The notes below the pieces were generated by a model, which saw only the letters and a list, made by a program, of their open reading frames with translations, ran no database searches and was not told where the DNA came from. 64,000 nt of DNA, from assembly GCA_038078735.1 (NCBI GenBank), contig JBBTTI010000003.1, positions 8,538-72,537 of the forward strand, given 5' to 3'. The translations under genes and the position numbers were made by a program. The stretch is from Patescibacteria group bacterium (lineage in GTDB: Bacteria; Patescibacteriota; Minisyncoccia; Minisyncoccales; CAZWNE01). Shown one piece after another: positions 20,056 through 29,223 of the stretch (positions are counted from its first letter, which is position 1; every line of letters starts with the position of its first letter).

Positions 20056-21027
20056 TTATTTTTCGTCAACGAGCTGTTTGGTCTCACCTATTTCTACCAG
20101 TTTTTCTACCTTTTCGTCAAGTAGGGAAAGCCTTTTCTCTGAATCTTCGTAAGCCGAACCGGCATTCTTTATATGGCTTCCCAGCTTCCTAAAGTCATCC
20201 ATCAACTTACTGGCGTCTTGATGGACCTTGGCCAGTTTCTTTAGAATCTCCTGCGTTTGCTTGGAAATTTGAGTGTCTTTAAACCAATGCTCAATTGTTC
20301 GCAGAGTTAAATAAATTGTGTTCGGCGAGGTTAAGATAATTTTTTTAGACCAGGCAAAAGCGGCCACATCCATTTCTTTGCCTAGACTGTTGATTATTTC
20401 ATAATAAATAGCTTCGGCCGGAATATAGATTAAAGCAAAGTCGGTCGTGCCTTCCGAGGGTAAAAGGTATTTTGAACTGATTTCCTGAATCCTATTTTTA
20501 ACGTCTTCTAAAAAGTTTTTTTTGAAAAAATTCTTTTCAATATCAGTCGCAGCGTTGATCATTTTATCAAAATTTTCTGAAGGAAATTTAGAATCAATCG
20601 GCAAAACCCGGCCGTTGGGCAGTTTTAAAACCGCGTCAACCTGTTCGCCCGAAGAAAAAAGATACTGGATTTTATAAAGTTCCTGCGGAAAATGCTGGGA
20701 CAAAATATGCTCCAAGCTGGCCTCGCCCCATTGGCCCCGTAGTTTAGGCGATTTAAAGATATCCTGAAAAGTGGAAACATCTTTTACCGACTCTTCAATC
20801 TGTTTTAAATTATCTTTTATCTGGGTAGTTTCTTTAGTGAAAGAATAGATTTGCTCGTTCATTGTTTTTGACTGCCCCATCATCAAATCCGTCAACCGCC
20901 TCTCTAGATTTAAAATCGCTTCGGATTGCTTTTCATCAGTTCTTGTTTTTTTGCTTAAGAAAAAAAATACCGCAACAAAAACCGCTACCGCTAAAGCTAT
21001 TCCTAAGATTAAAATTAAACTAGTCAT
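20056..21027 (-). CDS. rmuC: DNA recombination protein RmuC family
   Basis: PKLRGQWGE..LE, LPIDSKFP, GTTDFA..YIPAE. Confidence 0.9.
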   Translation of the reverse strand: MTSLILILGIALAVAVFVAVFFFLSKKTRTDEKQSEAILNLERRLTDLMMGQSKTMNEQIYSFTKETTQIKDNLKQIEESVKDVSTFQDIFKSPKLRGQWGEASLEHILSQHFPQELYKIQYLFSSGEQVDAVLKLPNGRVLPIDSKFPSENFDKMINAATDIEKNFFKKNFLEDVKNRIQEISSKYLLPSEGTTDFALIYIPAEAIYYEIINSLGKEMDVAAFAWSKKIILTSPNTIYLTLRTIEHWFKDTQISKQTQEILKKLAKVHQDASKLMDDFRKLGSHIKNAGSAYEDSEKRLSLLDEKVEKLVEIGETKQLVDEK

Positions 21028-21060
21028 AAAATTATTTTAGCATTTTTAAAAATTTAACCA

Positions 21061-21840
21061 AAACTAGCGAGAAGTGTTCTCGCTAATATTTATTCAATTA
21101 CAACTTGATCAAAATCGGCTAATTCTTTTTTAGATTGCAACCAATCGTTAACAAATCTTTGGCAGCCTTGAACGCCGCCCATTAGTTCGGTTAGAAATTC
21201 CCTGCTGGTTAAAGATGGAAAATTTTTCTCGTCTAAATAATCTATGTAGCTTGACCAGCGATATTTCTTTAAAAATTTTAATACTTTCTGAAAGTCCCCA
21301 CCCTTAATCCCCTTTTCTTTCCAACCCGGAACTATTATCGCCACAGGGTTAGTATGAATATAAACAAAAACGGTCATTAGTTGATTGTCATTTTTAATAT
21401 GAACTAGCTTATATCTTCCATCAAACAAATGTCCGCTTCTTTTATATTTTTTATTATAATATCCGCCGTACCCAGCGCCAAGCTTTCTCATAAATTTACT
21501 AATCCCACCTTCGCCAAGCTGTCTAAGCAATAAATGGATATGATTCGGCATCAAACAAAACGCCAATATCTCCACTAATAGTTTTCTCTTCCTTCTTTTA
21601 TCCCTTTCTAATAGTCCGAGAAATGTTCTCGAACTATTGAAACTTCGACGAAAATTCCATAACGCTGGCGCTTCATCGTTAAATTCAAACAGATCATGAA
21701 TCATCCTAAAATAATCTTTTTCGTCGCGAAAAAGCTTCAAGCCTTCTATCGCTCTGATTACAACATGGTATATTTCTCCAGTAACTAATGGCGGTCGTTT
21801 TGTGGACATATAATGTGCCGAGAAATGTTCTCGCTAGTTT
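21061..21840 (-). mobile_element. RAYT element 1: transposase flanked by inverted REP-like palindromes
   Basis: AAACTAGCGAGAA (21061) / TTCTCGCTAGTTT (21828-21840) inverted ends; core CGAGAA-NTG-TTCTCG also inside the gene at 21617-21631. Confidence 0.85.
21090..21809 (-). CDS. REP-associated tyrosine transposase (Y1/IS200-like HUH)
   Basis: YHVVIR, FCLMPNHIHLL (HUH), YNKKY.RSGHLF, YIHTNP, YRWSSY. Confidence 0.92.
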   Translation of the reverse strand: MSTKRPPLVTGEIYHVVIRAIEGLKLFRDEKDYFRMIHDLFEFNDEAPALWNFRRSFNSSRTFLGLLERDKRRKRKLLVEILAFCLMPNHIHLLLRQLGEGGISKFMRKLGAGYGGYYNKKYKRSGHLFDGRYKLVHIKNDNQLMTVFVYIHTNPVAIIVPGWKEKGIKGGDFQKVLKFLKKYRWSSYIDYLDEKNFPSLTSREFLTELMGGVQGCQRFVNDWLQSKKELADFDQVVIE

Positions 21841-21863
21841 ATAATAACACAGAACCTTTCTAT

Positions 21864-22814
21864 CTATTTTGTCAAGATTTCGACGATTAAAAATATAATA
21901 TAAATTGCCAACAAGAAAAGGCCTTCTTTTTTGGTGATTTTATGGCCGGTTCTGATGGCTAGTAAAAAAACCAAAGTTGCAATAATTAAAAAGAATCTGG
22001 AAATTAAAAATGGAGAAAAATTAGTAAAGATAATCGGCTGGATTAAGGCCACGATTCCAAGCACCATAGTGGCGGTATTAACTACTCCGCCCATCAGATT
22101 TCCTAAAATCATCCAAGTCTCTCCCCTCTTTACCGAAATAAGGGAGAAAAAAGTTTCCGGCATAGAATTTCCCAATCCGACGATTAGTATTCCGATTAAA
22201 CCCAGAGACATATGAAAAGAATCAGCAAAGAACATCGCTGATTTTATAATTCCTTGAGCGCTAAAAAATAAAATAGCGGTTGCCAAAATAATTAATCCTA
22301 TATTTTTCAAAAAGAACGAAAATTTTGTAGAGATATTTTCTTCATAAACCTTTGTAAATCTTTCCTTTTTTTTGAAAAGCCATGCCGCATAAAGAAAATA
22401 AGATAAAATTAAGACAAAACCGTCAAGTCTGCCCAGAACTCCGTCTATTGCCAGAAAGAACGGCATAAGGGCAAAAATAACGGTAAAAATAGCGGTTGAC
22501 TGAACCACTCGGCTTTCTGCCTCCAACCCCTTTTTTGACATAAAAACAGCTATGGCCATGACTACAGTCAAATCAATAAGATTTCCGCCCATAACATCTC
22601 CAAAAGAAAGCTCGGGAATACCCTGAACAGCAGAAATAATACCCAAAAAAAGATTGGGAGCGGAAGAGGCAAAAGCCATCATAAAAAAAGCGACGATGAA
22701 TTCTTTCCAGCCTAAAAATCTGGCGATATAAGAAAGCGAAGAAACAACCATTTTACTGGAAACGATTATAAAAAAAGTGGAAGCAACAAAAATTAGAATA
22801 TAGAGCCAGATCAT
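21864..22814 (-). CDS. Sodium:calcium antiporter family
   Basis: Two alpha repeats (ASSAPNLF...GDVMGGN; GNSMPETF...GNLMG), ~10 TM. Confidence 0.88.
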   Translation of the reverse strand: MIWLYILIFVASTFFIIVSSKMVVSSLSYIARFLGWKEFIVAFFMMAFASSAPNLFLGIISAVQGIPELSFGDVMGGNLIDLTVVMAIAVFMSKKGLEAESRVVQSTAIFTVIFALMPFFLAIDGVLGRLDGFVLILSYFLYAAWLFKKKERFTKVYEENISTKFSFFLKNIGLIILATAILFFSAQGIIKSAMFFADSFHMSLGLIGILIVGLGNSMPETFFSLISVKRGETWMILGNLMGGVVNTATMVLGIVALIQPIIFTNFSPFLISRFFLIIATLVFLLAIRTGHKITKKEGLFLLAIYIIFLIVEILTK

Positions 22815-23857
22815 TTTATTTTTCTTTTTATTTTTTTATACATTAATAAAACCAATATTCCTTCTATGACCAGCGTAATTGAGCCGACGAAACCAATAAT
22901 ATTAATAAAATCTTTCAGCCCGGCCAAAAACAAAATAATCGGAATAAAAGAAACTAAAAACCAAGCTGAAATTTTCGGGATCTTAAAATCATAATAAAGC
23001 ATATTTTTTAAATAGAGACCGACAATAATGAAGGAGGTAAAAGTGGCTAAAAAGCCAAAAAGAAAACCTAACCTTAAAACTCCTTGGCTTAAAAGTCCGG
23101 CTAATCCCGTTAAGCCGAATTCGCTTGTCTGACGGCCGCTGATTCCTAAGATGAAAACAGTAAAAAGAGCATAAACGACGGCGGCAATTAAAATTGAAAT
23201 CAAAATAACCTTTTTTAAACTCTTTTTGTCGCCAATGAGTATTTCTTCTATCTCCGGAATCATTGTCGCCCCCCACAAAGAAAAAATAATCGGTCCGATC
23301 GGCAGAAAAATATTTTGCAAGTTGAAATTGCCAGCCAAAAGATTTTCCGGTCTGAATAATGGCATACCTTTAAAAAAAAGAAAAACCAAGGCGGCTAAAA
23401 ACAAAATTAATCCCCAAAACTCTATCCGGACAATAGCTTTGACCCCGATAAGGATTGACAAAGCGCCTAAGGCAAAATATAAAAACGTATAGAAAAAAAC
23501 GCTGCCGCCTAAAAAATCGCTAAATAAATTTCGCAGAAATTCGCCGCCGACAATCAGATAAGCTAACAAGGAGCCGAAAGAGCCTATCGCTAAACTTAAT
23601 AAAGCCAAACTTCTGGCCCAATTGCCTAAATAAAGTTTAGCATAACCGGGCAAACGCAAAAAATCAGGCGTAGCTAAGGCCACATCGGCATAAAGATAAT
23701 GGATTAATAAAACAAAAAATCCCAAGATAAAAAAATAACCAGCCATAACGACGATGCCCACTTGGGAGGCGATATAAGGCAGAGAAAAAATCCCCACTCC
23801 AATAATCGTTCCCGACAAAGTCGCTGTTGCCAAAATAAAAGTTTTAATCTTAGACAT
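22811..23857 (-). CDS. Aromatic amino acid transporter (Mtr/TnaB/TyrP family)
   Basis: GTIIGVGIFSLPY, multiple TM, ATFTSFI. Confidence 0.82.
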   Translation of the reverse strand: MSKIKTFILATATLSGTIIGVGIFSLPYIASQVGIVVMAGYFFILGFFVLLIHYLYADVALATPDFLRLPGYAKLYLGNWARSLALLSLAIGSFGSLLAYLIVGGEFLRNLFSDFLGGSVFFYTFLYFALGALSILIGVKAIVRIEFWGLILFLAALVFLFFKGMPLFRPENLLAGNFNLQNIFLPIGPIIFSLWGATMIPEIEEILIGDKKSLKKVILISILIAAVVYALFTVFILGISGRQTSEFGLTGLAGLLSQGVLRLGFLFGFLATFTSFIIVGLYLKNMLYYDFKIPKISAWFLVSFIPIILFLAGLKDFINIIGFVGSITLVIEGILVLLMYKKIKRKIK

Positions 23858-23996
23858 AATCTAATTGTAATAAAAAAAGGGGCTCATTTAAAGCCCCTCG
23901 GACGCCTACACCTTAAGATAAGAAATAAAAACAGGCGCGCTAACCATTTTTTGATTTCTCCTTTCTTATATTCAGTTGGAAAAGAAACTTTTCCAG

Positions 23997-24071
23997 CGGC
24001 CCCAAGCGGATTTGAACCGCTGTTCCAAGAATGAGAATCTCGTGTCCTAGACCAGGCTAGACGATGGGGCC
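23997..24071 (-). tRNA. tRNA-Glu(CTC)
   Basis: GGCCCCATCGTCTAG...TTCTCAT...GGTTCAAATCC...TGGGGCCG. Confidence 0.92.
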
Positions 24072-24139
24072 AAATACTAAATTTCTAATTACTAATTACT
24101 AATTTCTAATTAACTATTACCAAAAAATAAAGAAACTGT

Positions 24140-25711
24140 CTACTGGTAATCGGGAGGAATTTGATAAAGATGAATGATGTAGTCGGCTAAATCGCGGAAA
24201 ATGGGCAGGGCGGAATATCCGGCGGTTTTAGTTTGGGGATCATCCAATTTTACCAAGATTAAAAATTGAGGGTGAAAAGCCGGGAAAAATCCGACAAAAC
24301 TCTGAATTGTCTTATCTGACGAGTATCCCCCCTTTTCGGCAACTTGAGCCGTGCCAGTTTTTCCGGCGATATAATAACCGGGAATCTTAGCTCCCTTAAC
24401 AAGACCATTGTCCACCACGCTGACAAGCATAGAGGTTATTTGGGAAGCAGTTTTGGTGGAAATAATTTGCTCGGAATTTTCCAACGGGAAATTATCAGCC
24501 AAATGCGGCGTCGCTAATTTTCCGCCATTAGCTAAAGCCGAGTAAGCCTTAGCTAATTGCATTAAAGTGACCTGTATCCCCTGACCAAAAGCGGCATTGG
24601 CAAAATTAATTTCGTAGCCCTTTTTAAATTCCTTATTTTGGGAATAAACTTCGCTTAAGTCAGCGCCGGTTCTTTTAAAAAACCCAAATTTTTCCAGATA
24701 TTTCAGAAAAAGATTATTGCCCAGCTGCCTTTCGGCAAAAACAGCGCCGGTGTTGATTGATTTTTCCAGAACATTGGTCATTGTCTGCAATCCATAAACC
24801 TTATCATCGTAATTCTTAATTGAATAACTTCCGATCTGGACTATGCCCGTGTCTGTATATTTCGTATCAGGAGTAATTTTATCCTCTTCTAAGGCAGCGG
24901 CCATTGTAATCGGCTTGAATATCGAGCCGGGTTCAAAAAGCGAAAGAGTGGCTTCATTTTGGAATATTTCTAATTTTTTGTCTTGAGCATATTCTTGATA
25001 AGAATTTGGATTAAAATTAGGAAAATTTGCTAGGGCCAAAATTCTGCCGGAACTTGGCTCTAAAATTAAAATAGACCCTTTGGCAATTTTAAGATTTTGA
25101 GCTGCTGCGCTCAATAATTTCTCGGCATAAAATTGGACATTGTAATCAATGGTCAGATTTAAATCTTTGCCTTTCCCGCCGTTTTTGCCGGTTAAAATAT
25201 TATTATAGTATGCTTCTAAACCATATTGGCCATGAGAATTGGCATCAACAAAACCGATTAATTGAGAGGCCATTGTCTCTTGAGGAAAATAACGGCCCCT
25301 CTCTTCTTTGATATAAATGCCGGATAATTTTGCTTTTTTTAACCCGTCAACTGCTTCGTCGCTGATTCGGTTTTTTATCAAGGAATATAAAGTGCCTTCT
25401 TTATTTAATTTTTCTAAAATAAAATCAACGGGTAAATTTAAAATCTGATTCAAAATTTGAGCTGTTTTTTCCGGATCATTAATTTTAGGCGGCTCGGTAT
25501 AAACCGAAAAAAAACTTTTATTGATAGCTAATGATTCGCCATTTTTAAAAAAAATTTCGCCCCGCTCCCCGTTCTTAATCTTTGACTGCAAAAAAAAGCC
25601 TTCAGATAAGGCCTTGTTTTTTTCTCCTTGAATTATTTGGATACTAACTAGTTGGCCGATAATCGCCAGCCCAAATAAGCAAAGAGCAATAAAAACGATG
25701 TTAGTTCTCAT
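24140..25711 (-). CDS. ftsI: Class B penicillin-binding protein (FtsI-like)
   Basis: EPGSIFK (SxxK), KSINTG (SxN), GKTGTAQ; follows mraZ-rsmH. Confidence 0.88.
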   Translation of the reverse strand: MRTNIVFIALCLFGLAIIGQLVSIQIIQGEKNKALSEGFFLQSKIKNGERGEIFFKNGESLAINKSFFSVYTEPPKINDPEKTAQILNQILNLPVDFILEKLNKEGTLYSLIKNRISDEAVDGLKKAKLSGIYIKEERGRYFPQETMASQLIGFVDANSHGQYGLEAYYNNILTGKNGGKGKDLNLTIDYNVQFYAEKLLSAAAQNLKIAKGSILILEPSSGRILALANFPNFNPNSYQEYAQDKKLEIFQNEATLSLFEPGSIFKPITMAAALEEDKITPDTKYTDTGIVQIGSYSIKNYDDKVYGLQTMTNVLEKSINTGAVFAERQLGNNLFLKYLEKFGFFKRTGADLSEVYSQNKEFKKGYEINFANAAFGQGIQVTLMQLAKAYSALANGGKLATPHLADNFPLENSEQIISTKTASQITSMLVSVVDNGLVKGAKIPGYYIAGKTGTAQVAEKGGYSSDKTIQSFVGFFPAFHPQFLILVKLDDPQTKTAGYSALPIFRDLADYIIHLYQIPPDYQ

Positions 25712-26042
25712 CGACTTTTACTAGAGGAGAGTAAATCTGGATATATTTTGTTTGCTTAGACTTTTCAAAATTTTGGCTTAAAAAATAAGCGTCTAAGTTG
25801 GTCAGTGATTGAATTTTAGAAAAATTAATCTCCAACGCCCCTCTTTGTTTCACTAAATCAGTTAATTTTGTTTGGCTGTCCTTTAAAACATATCTGTCTT
25901 TAGCCAATGATGTCACTTGAAAAATATAAAAAATTAATAAGGAAATAATAAAAATCAAAGATATCGCCCGAAAGAATTTTAAATTCAAATTTGGCTTTAT
26001 AAACACTGAAACCGGAAAATTTAAAGTTAAAGTGGTTGACAT
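25701..26042 (-). CDS. FtsL-like bitopic protein
   Basis: Single TM plus coiled coil between rsmH and ftsI (positional inference). Confidence 0.6.
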   Translation of the reverse strand: MSTTLTLNFPVSVFIKPNLNLKFFRAISLIFIISLLIFYIFQVTSLAKDRYVLKDSQTKLTDLVKQRGALEINFSKIQSLTNLDAYFLSQNFEKSKQTKYIQIYSPLVKVDEN

Positions 26043-26884
26043 AATTTTACTGCGGCTCTTAATTTTGCTGAACGCGCTCTATGATTAATTTTAATTTCTT
26101 GAAAAGATGCAACGACTGGCTTTTTTGTTAAAATTTTTAACGAATCTTGTTTAAAAAAATTTTTAATAATTCTGTCCTCTAGGGAATGGAATGAAATTAC
26201 AATTATTCTGCCATCTTTTTTCAGAACTTCTAAAGATTGCGGCAAGACCTTTTCTAAATTGTTCAATTCATCATTAACCGCTATTCTTAATGCCTGAAAA
26301 GTTCTGGTGGCAATGTTTATTCTTTGACTTTGGTACCAGACAGGGGTGGCTTTTTTTATGATTCCCACAAGCTGGAAAGTATTTTGGATGGGATTTATCT
26401 GCCTTGAGGTTATAATTTCTCTGGCAATCTCCTTAGCAAACTTTTCTTCGCCGAAATCAGTCAAGATTTTTTCTATTTCCAGGGCTGACCAGAAATTTAC
26501 TATTTTTTCTGCGGTTAATTGATTTTCAACGCTATATCTCATGTCCAAGAGTTCTTGTTTTTGAAAACTGAATCCCCTGCCCGATTCTTCCAAATGCCAA
26601 CTGGACATTCCCAAATCAATTAAGACTCCGTCTGCTTTGCCAAATTTTGTTTTTTCAACTATTTCTTTCAGGTTGGTAAAATTATCTTCCGCAAGGACTA
26701 ATCGCTCATGATTCTTAATTCTTAAATTAAAATCTATCCCAAGTACTTTTCCATTAGGCTTTGTTCTTTCGAGAATAGCTGATGTATGCCCGCCTTCGCC
26801 TATTGTGCAATCAATGAAATTCTCGTTTGGCTTTGGGTCAAGATATTCTATAACCTCTTTTTGAAGAACAGGTATATGGTCCAT
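26027..26884 (-). CDS. rsmH: 16S rRNA C1402 N4-methyltransferase
   Basis: HIPVL, D.T.G.GGH, DLGMSS, FQALRIAVN.EL, SFHSLEDR, RARSAKLR. Confidence 0.96.
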   Translation of the reverse strand: MDHIPVLQKEVIEYLDPKPNENFIDCTIGEGGHTSAILERTKPNGKVLGIDFNLRIKNHERLVLAEDNFTNLKEIVEKTKFGKADGVLIDLGMSSWHLEESGRGFSFQKQELLDMRYSVENQLTAEKIVNFWSALEIEKILTDFGEEKFAKEIAREIITSRQINPIQNTFQLVGIIKKATPVWYQSQRINIATRTFQALRIAVNDELNNLEKVLPQSLEVLKKDGRIIVISFHSLEDRIIKNFFKQDSLKILTKKPVVASFQEIKINHRARSAKLRAAVKLCQPL

Positions 26885-26887
26885 TCT

Positions 26888-27319
26888 TTAAATTCCTAAT
26901 TCTTTTATTTTCCCAGCAATATCCCCTATTTCTCCCTCCACTTTTTTCCTATAAATTTCCCAACTATCGGCATTCCAAATTTCCAATCGGTTGTATAAAC
27001 CGCAAACCACAACATTTTTTACTAAACTGGCGTAATTTTTTAAATAATCCGGCACAAGAATTCTGCCTAATTTATCCAATTCCACTGCCATAGCGCCGGC
27101 CAGCATAATTCTGGCGAATCCCCTGGCTTCCGCTTGCCCAGATGGCAATTTACCCAATTTGTCTGACATAATCTCCCATTCTTTTTGGGTATAAACAACC
27201 AAGCAGTTATCTAGTCCTCTGGTGATGATAACCATTTCGCCGAGTTCCTTGCGAAACTTAGCTGGCAAGGCCAGTCTTTTTTTGGCGTCAATTGTATGGC
27301 GAAATTCTCCTATAAGCAT
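26888..27319 (-). CDS. mraZ: Transcriptional repressor MraZ
   Basis: GEFRHTIDAKKRL.LP.KFR, LDKLGRILVP. Confidence 0.96.
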   Translation of the reverse strand: MLIGEFRHTIDAKKRLALPAKFRKELGEMVIITRGLDNCLVVYTQKEWEIMSDKLGKLPSGQAEARGFARIMLAGAMAVELDKLGRILVPDYLKNYASLVKNVVVCGLYNRLEIWNADSWEIYRKKVEGEIGDIAGKIKELGI

Positions 27320-27325
27320 AAATAG

Positions 27326-27365
27326 TTATCCACAGATTAAGGCACTTATCCCACACTTATCCACA
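27326..27365. promoter_or_regulatory. Two perfect DnaA boxes plus GTGG repeats upstream of mraZ
   Basis: TTATCCACA at 27326-27334 and 27357-27365; CCAC repeats continue to ~27490. Confidence 0.6.
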
Positions 27366-27502
27366 ACGTGCCATTTCATACCCTTATGTATCCTTTATAC
27401 CCCACCTCAAGCCACATCGTCAACAAAATTCCCCACTTCTAAAAATAAGGCTAAAATCAAGATTTATGCACACCTTTTCCCCACCACACATAAATAAAAC
27501 AT

Positions 27503-27591
27503 CAGAGGGGTGTCCTCCGCTGTTTTCTGTGGTTGGCTTAGCCAACCACAACTACTGCTTAATCTGGAAGGTTTCAGGGTTAATTTTTATT
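27503..27591. repeat. ~89-bp direct repeat (copy of 29175-29263), includes the Clp ATPase 3' end
   Basis: Long near-identical stretch; minus strand encodes INPETFQIKQ* vs IDPETFQIKQ*. Confidence 0.93.
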
Positions 27592-27702
27592 CGAAATGAT
27601 AGACGTTCAACGTCTATCATTCGTCTATTACTATGTTTATCACTATTTTAATAATAAAAAGGCGGCGAGATTTAAAACCTCGCCGCTTTGCGATTATTGA
27701 TA

Positions 27703-28782
27703 TTAACTCAGCTCTCCGATTGCTACGCCACGAAACTGCTTACGCTTTTGAAGACTTTGCTCTTCAAGAATTTTGCGGTTTGCCGGTGTAATGGTAGCAA
27801 TAATATCGCCGATCGAATCGGATTTGCCTTGCGACATTTTGTAGAGATTCGCTATTCCCGCGAGCGTCATCTCCCGACCATCTTTGGCAAAATGGTTAGC
27901 AACCCAAGCGATCATTCTTGCATCCTCACCGACATAAGCGATGTCGGAAAGCGCGAAAACTCGGCCCTTGCCATTAAACATCATTGTCAGACCCTCGCCC
28001 TTGAGCCACTCCACGACCTGAACATCAGTCTGGCTGTCCCCGACATACATCACCCTCCTTTTTGGAATGCCGAATCTTTGACAAACCGTTTCCATTACCT
28101 CCCGCTTCTGGGTTTGGCCAACAGGATGAACCGTCCTTAGTAATCGGCCGACAGGCATATTGTAAACCTTGTCCCAAATAAATCTGGTGAATTCGTCGTA
28201 GTCGGCTTGATGTTCAGGAACGATATCCCCTGTTTCTTTGTAGTAATCAACAACTGGTTTTCTAGCGATTGATACCATGAAGCCCAGGAGTTGCGCTGTT
28301 TCTGTCGCACTGATAGGAATCTCATCAAACCCCGTAACTCTAGTACAGTTGGTCTGACTGAAATTGAATCCCACCTTGTGACAATACGCCCTGACAAACC
28401 ACTCGTAGCTGGTGGAAATCATCCAGACATTGCAGCCGCGACGAAGATCGGTCAAGGCCTCTTTGACAAAAGGCACCACTCGGAGACTCTTACTGGAAAA
28501 ATCTTGTAACCATCGAGAGTCAGCTCCCATCGCCTTGAAGAACGGCAGAACAACTTTCAAGGTATGACCGGAAGAATAGTTTGGGTCTTGGGGAATTAAA
28601 TGACAGTCGCCCCATACGTCATCAATCCCACTAAACCTCGCGTAGGCGCGCTCCCCGATTTCTTTACCTAAGCCGGACTTTTCAGCCAATGCCACCATAA
28701 TCTGTTGAGCATTGTCATTAATGACTTGCGGCCCTTCCAAATCCAGGATAACCCAAATTCCATTTATTTTTACCCACCTCAT
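27703..28782 (-). CDS. HAD-superfamily hydrolase (EhaR-like)
   Basis: DLEGP...DNA, YSSGHTLK...PF, ISTSY, MYVGDSQTD, FNG. Confidence 0.75.
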   Translation of the reverse strand: MRWVKINGIWVILDLEGPQVINDNAQQIMVALAEKSGLGKEIGERAYARFSGIDDVWGDCHLIPQDPNYSSGHTLKVVLPFFKAMGADSRWLQDFSSKSLRVVPFVKEALTDLRRGCNVWMISTSYEWFVRAYCHKVGFNFSQTNCTRVTGFDEIPISATETAQLLGFMVSIARKPVVDYYKETGDIVPEHQADYDEFTRFIWDKVYNMPVGRLLRTVHPVGQTQKREVMETVCQRFGIPKRRVMYVGDSQTDVQVVEWLKGEGLTMMFNGKGRVFALSDIAYVGEDARMIAWVANHFAKDGREMTLAGIANLYKMSQGKSDSIGDIIATITPANRKILEEQSLQKRKQFRGVAIGELS

Positions 28783-28797
28783 TTCTCTTAACTCCTT

Positions 28798-29084
28798 TCA
28801 AATTTTTTCCACTGCGGCGTTGATTTCCGCAGTCAGATCGTAGCCGTCTACCAAAAGCGTTCTCCTTTCGGCCAACATTTTTCCGGTTTAAATCGGAGCG
28901 AAGAAAAAGTTACCAAAGGTATTCCGGCCGTTTGGATATTACGAATCATCAAATCGCCGAAACGAGTTTCGCTTTGGTCGCGACTGACAAAGGCAAAACT
29001 TAATTGGAAGTTTTTGGAAATCTCATTAACTAACTCCCAAGCAACCTGGTCCCAAGCTGAAGTAAATACCCCTATTCTAAACAT
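28798..29084 (-). pseudogene. Internally deleted PurN-like formyltransferase remnant
   Basis: N-terminus FRIGVFTS...FAFVSRD..E...GIPLVTFSS..F joined out of frame to C-terminal GYDLTAEINAAVEKI*. Confidence 0.55.
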
Positions 29085-29223
29085 TAAACACCTCCTCAAT
29101 TTTTATTCAGTTTCAAAAGGACTTCTGTCCTCCTTTATGTTTAGATTAACCATAAATCAATAAAAGTCAAACAGCAGAGGTCTGTCCTCCGCTGTTTTCT
29201 GTGGTTGGCTAAGCCAACCACAA

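Noticed and set aside
27326-27365. Replication origin
   Set aside because: Only two DnaA boxes, no dnaA/dnaN nearby, no evident unwinding element
27688-28509. Plus-strand ORFs overlapping the HAD gene, and similar antisense ORFs throughout the track
   Set aside because: Shadow frames of well-supported genes, with no motifs or start signals
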